NCBI GenBank assembly: GCA_020891255.1
Contig: BQFW01000008.1
Span: 2,294,001-2,358,000 of the forward strand
Reading direction: 5' to 3'
Source: Entomortierella parvispora E1425
Taxonomy: Eukaryota; Fungi; Mortierellomycota
Length of the DNA stretch: 64,000 nt
Both the position numbers and the translations under genes were made by a program. How positions within the stretch are numbered: position 1 is the first letter of the stretch; the number at the start of each line of letters is the position of its first letter. The notes below the pieces were generated by a model. It made no database searches, was not told where the DNA came from, and worked only from the letters and a program-made list of their open reading frames with translations. Below are positions 36,820-46,782 of the stretch, piece after piece.

Positions 36820-37427
36820 TGTCGTGAATCAGACTGCTTTTATCCCCGCCAGCTCCGCGTCTGATCACATGACTTACGATCACCTGACCGCCGACACGCC
36901 TGATGAATGGACCCTTGTTGCGCGCCCTCATTGCACTTGTGCCGCGCGTCATCGTCGTTGACTATCACCAGGTCGACTACCCTCAACCGTGTATACTCAC
37001 GAACGGAGCATTTCATGTTTCTCCGACATTAACCTACCAACCGTTGCCAATCAAAAGCTTGTCTCCACGCCGGTCGACCAAGCTCTTTGAAACCTCGGAC
37101 GTTAGGGCCCCTATTCCAGAATAGTCATAAGCCCTTCACTATTTATTTCCATAGTGTCAGCAGTATAGTCTCACTTCACTACCTTCAGTATATAAGTAGC
37201 TCTGTATCGAGACTTAGAACGGCATCCTTTCTTTGCCCTTCCATCTCGATTACAGGTAACCCTCTTGAGAACCCTATCAGTAGTAACACACAGAATATCT
37301 TATTAAACATATCCTTTCTTTGCCCTTCCATCTCGATTACAGTCAAGGTAGCTGACTGTGGTGCCCAGTGTAGAAGAACACGCTCGACACACCCTAAGGA
37401 TCAGTCGTGATACCGAGAGTCACGACA
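36820..37427 (+). repeat. 5' LTR (608 bp)
   Basis: No difference seen by eye from 42354-42961 (offset 5534). The ORF-track translations of the two copies are identical. Confidence 0.95.
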
Positions 37428-37431
37428 AATT

Positions 37432-37444
37432 TGGTAGCAAAGGA
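37432..37444 (+). other. Primer-binding site TGGTAGCAAAGGA
   Basis: 4 nt after the LTR. It is complementary to a tRNA ending GCUACCA (U72, A73), consistent with initiator tRNA-Met. Confidence 0.7.
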
Positions 37445-37577
37445 CAGTAGTAGTCCTACCGCCACGCCCATTCAAAGGACAGTAGCAGTCCTACCGCCAC
37501 GCCCATCCAAAGGACAGTAGCAGTCCTACCGCCACGCCCATCCAAAGGACAGTAGTAGTCCTACCGCCACGCCCATT
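37438..37577 (+). repeat. Four tandem 35-bp repeats in the retroelement leader
   Basis: CAAAGGACAGTAG(T/C)AGTCCTACCGCCACGCCCAT(T/C) x4. Confidence 0.95.
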
Positions 37578-37613
37578 CAAGACGACCACCTTCCCTACCC
37601 ACTTCCTTACATC

Positions 37614-38951
37614 ATGAATCAACATCAACACAACTTCGACGACGATATTGACGATGAACCCAACACGTCAAGCTATCACGCCGCCTCCACCTTCACCGTT
37701 CCCGAACCTGTGATCCACAATGATCGTCCCAAAAAGAACCTTTTGCCCTCGGATCATGAAACTTTCAATGGCACCTGCTCCCACCACGAGGCCCGAGCAT
37801 GGTTGCTACAGACAGAGTTGATTGCAGACATCAGTGAGATTCCTAGACCGAAATGGCCCAGAGCCGCGATTGCCAAGCTTCGAGGTGACGCAAGAGTCTG
37901 GGGCCTGAATTACAACTCACTCCACACCAATGCCACGTGGGACACTTTCTCAGCCGCCTTTTTAAGTCAGTTCAGCTCAGAAGACTTGGAAGAGACCCTT
38001 CGCAACGAACTCGATAGTGTTGTCTGGGAAAAGACAGACACCCCCAACACCTTCTTCCACCGTTTTCAGTTTGCTTTGATGCCTCTTGGTACCAATGTAT
38101 CTGAAGGAGAAAAAGTACACGTCTTCAAGACCCGAAGTCCACAATTTTTGCGAAAATTTCTGATCGAACACCAAGTCAAAACCTGGCAACAAGTCCGCCA
38201 ACACTGTGAAATCCGAACAGAGATGAGCACAAGCCTTGGTATCATTTCCCAATCCGCGCAGAACCGAATCAACCAAGCCAGACAAACGCCGCCGTCTCGC
38301 CCTTTTGTTGCTCCATCACGCTTTGGTTCCCCAAGACTTTTCCAACACCACGCTGCTGCAACAGCCCCGCCCCCTCGTCCCTCTCACATTACTGGAAACC
38401 CCACTACTGGTTTTTCAACTGGAAAACGCGTTAGTTTCTCTGGTCATCCGTTTTCACGCCCTCCAGATCGACGAGACAGCACCCAAAACCAAAATCAAAG
38501 TCAAGGTCGTCGATCTTCGATGGATATGGACGTTGATGTGTTCAACATCGAGTGCCACAATTGCGGAGACAATCACAAGGCCGCAGAATGCCCCAAGCCG
38601 CAAACTTGTTATAACTGTGGACAGCGAGGACACTACAAACGCGACTGCCCTCAAGGAGGACAAAACCAAGGACGACCACAACGAAGGAATCGCCCAAACG
38701 TGAACATCAACATGACCCATATCGATCCACAAGATTTCAAGCCCGAAACTTGCCCATTGATGGTCGTACCCCTCTACGTCGACGGTTGGCAATTCGACGC
38801 CCTTTTTGATAACGGCGCCAACGTCAACGTTATTTCTTCTCGTGCCCTCGAAGTTATCCGTGAAGAATCCCCGGAATCCATCCTCGATGAAAAACGAATC
38901 TATGAGCCGACCCCTGTACGAACAGCCCATGCAGGGAGACCTAGGTGCTAA
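37614..38951 (+). CDS. gag: Gag plus N-terminal half of the aspartic protease
   Basis: Retrotransposon-gag-like core (AIAKLRGDARVWG), zinc knuckles CHNCGDNHKAAEC and CYNCGQRGHYKRDC, and protease motif ALFDNGANVNVIS. Confidence 0.9.
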   Translation: MNQHQHNFDDDIDDEPNTSSYHAASTFTVPEPVIHNDRPKKNLLPSDHETFNGTCSHHEARAWLLQTELIADISEIPRPKWPRAAIAKLRGDARVWGLNYNSLHTNATWDTFSAAFLSQFSSEDLEETLRNELDSVVWEKTDTPNTFFHRFQFALMPLGTNVSEGEKVHVFKTRSPQFLRKFLIEHQVKTWQQVRQHCEIRTEMSTSLGIISQSAQNRINQARQTPPSRPFVAPSRFGSPRLFQHHAAATAPPPRPSHITGNPTTGFSTGKRVSFSGHPFSRPPDRRDSTQNQNQSQGRRSSMDMDVDVFNIECHNCGDNHKAAECPKPQTCYNCGQRGHYKRDCPQGGQNQGRPQRRNRPNVNINMTHIDPQDFKPETCPLMVVPLYVDGWQFDALFDNGANVNVISSRALEVIREESPESILDEKRIYEPTPVRTAHAGRPRC

Positions 38952-41900
38952 GGCACTAGGCGAAGTCATCCTTCGAGTTGTTATTGGAGAACACACCTGC
39001 CGTTTCACAGCCACGGTTGTTCCCGACCTAGCTCACGATGTTTTCATTGGACTTCCATGGATGTTCCGCTATAAACCTCAAATCAATTGGGATCGCTACT
39101 CATTGACTTGGCAAGTCAATGGCCGAAAACACGAAGCCATCGCCAGATCTCAGCCCGCCAGTACCCTTCTGCAGAACGAACAGGTACCTGAACTTGCATA
39201 TGTGCAGACGAACGCACAGCGGTTCTTACACACCATGGCCGCCGATGATACACAAGAAGCAGGAATCGTTTGGTTAATGAAAACCCACGTTCCAGAACAC
39301 ACCCGAGCAGAAGAGCTCATGACCAACCCGGACCTGACAGTAGAACAGCAAGCTCAAATCGATGAGATAGTGAAGGAGTACCAGCAGGATGTATTCGCTC
39401 CACTCTCAGAGATGCCACCAGCCCGTCCCGGTTTCGATCACCAAATCCCCACTGGAGTAACAAGTCCTGTGGTCAAGAAGATATATAAGATGTCACCCCT
39501 CGAGCTCAAGACTCTCAAAGAACAGTTGGATGAGCTGTTACGGTTGGGGTACATCCAGCCCTCAACGTCGCCGTGGGCCGCACCAGTCCTGTTCGTCAAG
39601 AAGAAAGATGGAACATTGAGACTGTGCATCGACTATCGTGGACTCAACGCCGTCACGATCAAGAACAAGTATTTTCTCCCGCACACCGATGAATTTTTCG
39701 ATCGCATGCGAGGAGCCCGTTATTTCAGCAAGTTGGATCTCCAGCAGGGATATCATCAACTTCAAGTTGCAGAAGAGGACAGACCCAAGACAGCGTTCTC
39801 TACCCGATATGGACACTACGAGTACTGTGTCATGGCTTTTGGTCTTACCAACGCGCCCGCGTCGTTTCAAGCCTTCATGAATACGATTTTCAGTAAAGAG
39901 TTGGATCAGTTCGTTGTTGTCTACCTCGATGACATCCTGATCTACTCCAAGACTTTCGAAGAACACTTGAAGCACATCCGAACAGTGCTATCAACGCTGC
40001 GAAAACATCACCTACATGCCAAGCAAAGCAAATGTGCGTTTGGATTATCCAGCATCACCTTCGTCGGACATGTGATATCCTACGATGGAATTCAAGTGGA
40101 TCCAGCCAAGGTCGCAGTTGTCAAGAACTGGCCCACCCCAACCAACGTACAAGAGCTTCGTTCATTCATTGGATTTGTGAACTACCATCGCCGTCATATT
40201 TTCCACCATGCCGAAGTCACTGCTTGTCTTACAGACTTGTTGACCACTGGTCCAGGCCCAAACAAAGGAAAGTTACGACCCGTGCCTACTTGGGGCCCAG
40301 TTCAACAAGCCGCTTTCGATGGAATCAAAGAACTTCTAGCGACTACCCCTGTATTGTGCCTTGGACACCCCGATGAGCCGTACTATATGGAAACCGATGC
40401 ATCCGACATTGCCACAGGAGGAGTCCTTTATCAGATGCACGAAGGCAAAAGACACCCAGTTGCCTATGAGTCACGAAAACTTAAGCCAGCCGAGAAGAAC
40501 TACCCGGTCCATGAGAAGGAACTCCTCGCCATTGTTCACGCATGCAGAGCATGGCGCACGTTTATTCTTGGCGCCCCCGAAAACGTGGTCTACACTGACC
40601 ATGCAAGTCTACGATTTTTGTTGACCCAGCCACACCTGAGCCCGAGAATGACCCGTTGGGTTGAATTTTTGGCCCCCTACAACCTGTCGATCCAGTATAA
40701 GGCAGGAGCCACCAACATCGCTGCAGATGCGCTTTCCAGATTGCAAGTCAACAATGTGACAGCAGGACGTCACATCGACACTTGGGATTGGCCGTTGCTT
40801 GTCCCTGCATTTCTGGATGATGGTTCTTTTCCGCCCCATACCGATGGAGACACCAAGAAGAGAGTCCGCAAGGAGGCTCATAACTTCACGACTGATGACG
40901 ACGAATTGCGCTACATGGTTGAAGGAAGAGCAGTTCCCTTCGTTCCGTTTGCAGAGCGCGCAGATCGTCTCATTGAGTTGCACACCGACATTGGACATCT
41001 TGGAGAGTCTGGAACGTTTGATTTGGCCAAGACTCGCATGTGGTGGCCCAGTCTTCGAGCAGATATCAAAGCAGTAGTACGTGAATGCAAGCCGTGTCAA
41101 TTGGTCAAGCCCGGTGGTGACCGCTCTGTTGCACCGTTGCATCCATTGGCGCCAGCACGTCCGTTTGAGCGCTGGGGAATTGATTTTATTGGTCGCATGC
41201 CAGCCACCAAGAAAGGAAACCGTTGGATCATTACCGCAATCGACCATGCCACGAACTGGCCGATCGCAAGAGCCTTGCCAGAAGCAACCGCCGACGCCGT
41301 TGCTACTTTTCTCTATGAAGAGATCGTCTTACAGTTTGGCTGCCCTAGCGAGATCGTTAGCGACCGAGGAGCCAACTTCATGTCTGACGTTCTTCAACGC
41401 TATTTGGAGAAGCTGCACATCAAACACAAGGCTACGTCTGCTTACCATCCAAGGTCGAATGGAAAGTGTGAGCGTCTCAATGGTGTTATCGGACACATGT
41501 TGAGCAAGTATGTGGGTACACACATCCACAGCTGGGATCAGTACCTGCACCAGAGTCTGTTCGCTTGTCGCGTACACATCTCTCAGCGAACCAAGGTCAG
41601 CCCATTTCAACTTGTTTATGGACTTGAACCCCGTTTGCCGCAAGATCCAGTACGCCCATTCTTGTTTGATTTTCAAGATCAAGACGATTTTGCAGAACAT
41701 CGTCGCAAGACTTTTCGAGAAATCGACGCCCTCCGAGAAAAGCACCTGCAGGCCCAGCAGACCGCCGCAGATGATATGGCCGCACACCATGAAGAGACAC
41801 ACACGGTCACCGATCATAAGTTCGCAGTTGGTGATTTTGTCCTGGTCAAGAACTTCGGCCGTACGAAGCTTCAACCCCATTTTTATGGCCCGTTGGAAGT

Positions 41901-42495
41901 GATCCGTATTACGCCCTTGTCGACTTATCAGCTCCGCTTGGGAGATGGTGAGTTGAAGACGGACTTAGTACACCAAGACCGTCTTAAGCGTGCTTATCCG
42001 CCAGATGAAGCATCTGCACGCCGTGCTTGGGTCACTAAGACAAAGCACACCATGGAGCAAGCCAACGACAACTCTGACGATGGTCTTCCAATTGAAAGCC
42101 GCACTGAGGAGGAACAGCGCGTGGAGGAGGCCCTCGCTCTTAGAACCGCCAATGAAGATTACCTTGCCCGTCGCGATCAACTTGGCACTTACGAACCGCC
42201 TATGATGGGTTCCGCCGCTGAAGCTGCCCGCGTGTACAGACAGGCACTTGCTGCTTCTGCCCCGAAGCCTCGTCGCCGTGGCCAACGTACTCGCGAACCC
42301 AGAGTCAATCAGTTGCAGGCAGGCCGAGGACGGCCTGAAGCCTGTGGGGGGAGTGTCGTGAATCAGACTGCTTTTATCCCCGCCAGCTCCGCGTCTGATC
42401 ACATGACTTACGATCACCTGACCGCCGACACGCCTGATGAATGGACCCTTGTTGCGCGCCCTCATTGCACTTGTGCCGCGCGTCATCGTCGTTGA
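38930..42495 (+). CDS. pol: Pol (C-terminal protease, RT, RNase H, integrase), in the +1 frame relative to gag
   Basis: DVFIGLPW, SPWAAPVLFVKKKDGTLRLCIDYRGLN, YLDD, ETDAS, integrase H-H-C-C, WGIDF, SDRG, CERLN and GP(L) module. The open frame runs 142 bp into the 3' LTR. The start given is the approximate frame-switch point. Confidence 0.95.
42346..42353 (+). other. Polypurine tract GGGGGGAG
   Basis: Immediately precedes the TG of the 3' LTR. Confidence 0.85.
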
Positions 42496-42961
42496 CTATC
42501 ACCAGGTCGACTACCCTCAACCGTGTATACTCACGAACGGAGCATTTCATGTTTCTCCGACATTAACCTACCAACCGTTGCCAATCAAAAGCTTGTCTCC
42601 ACGCCGGTCGACCAAGCTCTTTGAAACCTCGGACGTTAGGGCCCCTATTCCAGAATAGTCATAAGCCCTTCACTATTTATTTCCATAGTGTCAGCAGTAT
42701 AGTCTCACTTCACTACCTTCAGTATATAAGTAGCTCTGTATCGAGACTTAGAACGGCATCCTTTCTTTGCCCTTCCATCTCGATTACAGGTAACCCTCTT
42801 GAGAACCCTATCAGTAGTAACACACAGAATATCTTATTAAACATATCCTTTCTTTGCCCTTCCATCTCGATTACAGTCAAGGTAGCTGACTGTGGTGCCC
42901 AGTGTAGAAGAACACGCTCGACACACCCTAAGGATCAGTCGTGATACCGAGAGTCACGACA
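42354..42961 (+). repeat. 3' LTR (608 bp)
   Basis: Matches the 5' LTR and is followed by the TTGA TSD. Confidence 0.95.
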
Positions 42962-43042
42962 TTGAAGCTAAAACTTATCTTCAATAATATTCAGCGGTTA
43001 GTGAAGTCACGTGACGGAATCACGTACGTTATTAAAAAAGAC

Positions 43043-43326
43043 GGTGACGAGCCCTGGCGCCGACCAGCGCTTACTGGCTTGTGTGCGTGGCCAGGTTCAC
43101 TTATCGACATTAGAAAAATGGGGAAGATCCATTTTTTGTAACATTTTACTCTTCTTTATTACACGGTGACGAGCCGTGGCATTTGTTGCGCGGGGATCCG
43201 GGGTCTTTGTTCGTCTGGACCACGCGGCTTTGCTCAGGTTGTAGATAGTTTGGTCTCGCACCTCACTTCTTTGGCTCGACATAGCAAATAAAATGTTGCA
43301 AAAAAAAAAAAAAAAAAAAAAAAAAA
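43043..43326 (+). repeat. ~280-bp A-tailed repeat unit; diverged direct copy of ~43327-43730
   Basis: Shared CCGACCAGCGCTTACTGG..GATCCATTTTTTGTAAC..GCAAATAAAATGTTG. This copy ends in a 27-nt A run. Confidence 0.8.
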
Positions 43327-43524
43327 GGTGACGAGCCCTGGCACCGTGGGAACAATGCCTCTGGTACGATCTTACCACCAGACACTTGCCAATGCGGAAA
43401 GCCTAACACCGACCACCATCAAGGCCTCTGCCCTGGTGCCCAAGACAATCCCACGCTGGCCGACCAGCGCTTACTGGCTTGTGTGCGTGGCCAGGTTCAC
43501 TTATCGACATTAGAAAAGATGGGG

Positions 43525-45877
43525 AAGATCCATTTTTTGTAACATTTTACTCTTCTTTATTACACGGCGACGAGTCGTGGTACTTGTTGCGCGGGGATCC
43601 GGGGTCTTTTGTTCGTCCAAACCACGCGGCTTTCCCTCAGGTTGTAGATAGTTTGGTCCCATACTTCACTTCCTTTGGCTCGACACAGCAAATAAAATGT
43701 TGTAAAAAAAATAAAAATAAAAATAAAAACTGAAAAAAAGCTGTCAATGAAAGGGAAAGGGAGAAGACCGCGGACAAATACCAAATGCACATGAATCTCT
43801 TCATCAAAACTCCCGTTTAATAAAACAACAACAATTGCTACTATTATTAATGGGAGGTGCGTGGAGTGTTCAAGAAGGGACTGGGGTCCAAGCTGTTGAT
43901 GAAGTGAATCAATTGATATTGTCTTGGCAACGCAATTGGAGTTATCTTGTGTGTTTGGTCGGCCTGTTACCACCGCGACTAAGGGGCATGTGTGGTGGCA
44001 AAAAGGGTCATTGGACGCGATCCTCTTAGCTTAACAATCAGTCACCGTGTCGCTGGATCCGCAACAGTTGTTGAAGGTGCCAAGGTTGCCGTGAGTACCG
44101 GCAAACGCGCAATCGTCCCCAGTCCAGTTTCCACCCGAGTTGGCACAGCAGTTTCTGCTAGCTCCGAAGTCGATGTTGGCTCCTTGCCAGCACTTGCAGG
44201 CCATCGCCGCGGCCATCTGAGCGCACACAATCATGATAATGGAGAGCTTCATATTGGATTCTTGAGAGTTGAGGAGAGGCGTGGGTAAGGACTCGGAGTG
44301 CCGTTGCAGGTCTGGAGTGTTGAGAGGGAGGATCAGATGTGTTTGGGTGCAAGATGGTGGGTATACGCGACCTCTTTATATACAGGAGAAGGGAGGCCAG
44401 ATTTGAACTTACGAGAGAAACAAATAGGAAATACCTCGTTTATGGGGGAAGGAACGAAGAGATGGTTATGCGCTATCCGGTTGCCGAAAGGGTCGTGGGA
44501 ATGCAGACAATGAGAAAAAAAAAAGATGGGCGCCAACTCTGCATCTCCGCTGCAGAGAGAAAATGGATCTTTGAATGCAATTCATGGTGTGACAAAACGT
44601 CGAGCACCATGGACCAAGAAGACCAAATTCAGAAGAGTATTAGGTTGCACAAAATATAAGAACCCAGGAAAGGATTTTTGTGAACCCTGCCCGATTGGGC
44701 TGGGGCAGAGAGAGAAACAAAGGTGCTACATACATGTACTGTGGCGATCCTGCGTGATTGGGCGCTAGGACACCATTGGCTCCTGCGCGATTGGGCTCGG
44801 GCGTTGACGCGATGTGACGTTGTCACCAGCCTGCTGGTTCGTGGGTGTTTGGCTCGGTGCGGGAAGTACAGTTACGGTGTCCTAGCTCCATTGAGTGCGT
44901 CAATGGCAGCACATGTTCTGCAATGATCGTCCTCAATGCAAAGGCCGTCGCCCTCAACGTAGTGCGAGGGGCTAGCTGTGTCTTTAGAGGCGCTCATGGA
45001 TGGAGTGGTGGAGTTGCGTGAGGGAATGGGCAATTCTTCTCAGAATGTGCTCGCTAAGCTGCATCATGCAGGAGGTTTGTCCCCTTGCCGTTGAAAAAAC
45101 CGAAACGGCCAGGGTACCTCCCTGCATTATGCGATTCTGCCTTGTCTGACCGTGACACTGACCCACTGACCTAGCCGTTGACACCGCCCGGAATGGAGAT
45201 TCTTTTTATCCCGCAGGTATGCAATCTCTTCATTGGCTCCTGCGCGATTGGGCTTGGGCTTGGGCGTTGACGCCCGGTGTTTGGTTCGGTGCGGGAAGTA
45301 CGGTGTCAATATTCAGTTCGTTCAGCTCCCTGTCTAGCTCCTCGTCGTCCATGTCGAGTGCGTCAGTGGCAGCACCTGTTCTATGCTGATCGTCCTCAAT
45401 GTAGAGGCCGTCGTCCTCAACGTAGTGCGAGGGGCTAGCTGTGTCTTTAGAGGCACTCATGGATGGAGTGGTGGAGTTGTGTGTGGGAATGGGCAATCCT
45501 TCTCAGAATGTGCTCGCTAAGCTGCATCATGCAGGAGGTCTGTCCCCTTGCCGTTGAAAAAACCGAAACGGCCAGGGTACCTCCCTGCATTCTGTGATTC
45601 TGCCTTGTCTGACCGTGACACTGACCCACTGACCTGGCCGTTGACACCGCCCGGAATGGAGACTCTTTTTGTCCCGCAGGTATGCAGTCTCTTCATTGGT
45701 TCCTGCGCGATTGGGCTCGGACTTGGGCGTTGACGCTGGGTATTTGGTTCGGTGCGGGATGATCGAGGGGGGCAGGGAAATGTCTTTTTGTCGTCTCATT
45801 GAATTGCTTGTCGTCCGATTCTGTTATTTGTCGTCCGATGTGGGCTCACTGTCGCCCGATTACTTACCTTAACTTCC
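43525..45877. repeat. Left arm (~2.35 kb) of a large inverted repeat
   Basis: Reverse complement of 47861-50021 plus 55411-55600. Mirrored ORFs have coordinate sums of 93737-93738. Confidence 0.95.
44031..44252 (-). CDS. Small secreted cysteine-rich protein (73 aa, 8 Cys after the signal peptide), left copy
   Basis: Hydrophobic signal peptide MKLSIIMIVCAQMAAAMA, then C-x-C-x13-CC-x11-C-x14-CC-x8-C. TATATAAA lies ~130 bp upstream (44375-44382). Confidence 0.8.
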   Translation of the reverse strand: MKLSIIMIVCAQMAAAMACKCWQGANIDFGASRNCCANSGGNWTGDDCAFAGTHGNLGTFNNCCGSSDTVTDC

Positions 45878-45999
45878 TCTTCCCATTTTCGCGGATATGG
45901 CCAATTCCTGTTTCTACGAAGAAAGTCGCCATGATTACAACGCAGTAAGTGGGGACACATGAGAATGGGTGATCGATGTTACTCTGAGCCAGCAATCTA

Positions 46000-46782
46000 A
46001 TGTACTCTCTTTCTCTCTTTGCACCGCCTATACGAATGGTGCAATTATTCCTTCAAGGCGAAAACGACGATAATGATGACCGCGAGCTACTCAGGAGACA
46101 TTCGCGACAAGAGACTCGCATCTCTTCCTTGGGAGTCATTCTAAGCGACATAGAGAGTTCCGACATTGAATGTGTCCACCGCGTATCGCGAGAAGTCCGG
46201 GATGCACAGTATATACTTCTTCTTAATGACGGAGGATATCTGTGTACATGCCTCCAACTCCAAAAAGTGGGTATTGTCTGCGGGCACTTTTTCTTGATGA
46301 TGCAGAAAGATCCAGCTTTCAAGTACCACATCAAATTAATCCGTCCGCGATGGTTCAATCATACATGTTAAGACAAAAACATTTCCGATCCTGCTCTTGC
46401 TTCTCGGCCTTTCGTGCCAGCTGCCCGTCACCGCGCCAACAGCCGCCCTACTGCGCCCGGCACCATGTACATGCAGCAGGTCTATCGGCTGTTTCGCACC
46501 ATAGACAATATCCCCGTTGTCGAGCCAAAAGAACTGAAGTAGCAGGCGCACACTGCAAGCCTTTACAGTCGATCGAGCAACATGTTGCGGCTGGCTGCAG
46601 ATAGTCCTGTACTACGCCAAACTTATATTCAGGAGATGGGAAGAGTAGAGGATGTGATGCAGGCGCAGCTTGAACTGAGGTTGACGCGACAGGCGGGTGA
46701 TCTGCCAATCTGGCCGTCCCAGGGAAAACAGTCCAAAAAAAAACACAGAACATTTCAACACAGAAAAATCGCCAGGATGTGA
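46000..46782 (+). pseudogene. Decayed SWIM zinc-finger fragment resembling the C-terminus of MULE/FAR1-type transposases
   Basis: YLCTCLQLQKVGIVCGHFF fits the SWIM CxC-x(n)-CxH pattern, followed by IRPRWF. The same frame continues through in-frame stops at ~46369 and ~46539. No DDE core seen. Confidence 0.6.

Larger units (their letters stand above)
36820..42961 (+). mobile_element. Full-length Ty3/Gypsy LTR retrotransposon
   Basis: Two 608-bp LTRs with TGTCGTGA..TCACGACA termini, TTGA TSD (36816-36819 and 42962-42965), PBS, PPT, gag, and pol in PR-RT-RH-IN order. Confidence 0.97.

Noticed and set aside
36903-37410. 73-aa and 107-aa ORFs in the LTRs
   Set aside because: Identical in both LTRs only because the LTRs are duplicated. 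They have no domain or signal features.
37438-37577. CRISPR-like array
   Set aside because: The repeats are head-to-tail with no spacers, in a eukaryotic retroelement leader.
44031-44252. Calling the small secreted protein a hydrophobin
   Set aside because: The Cys order (CxC, CC, C, CC, C) does not match the hydrophobin C-CC-C-C-CC-C pattern.
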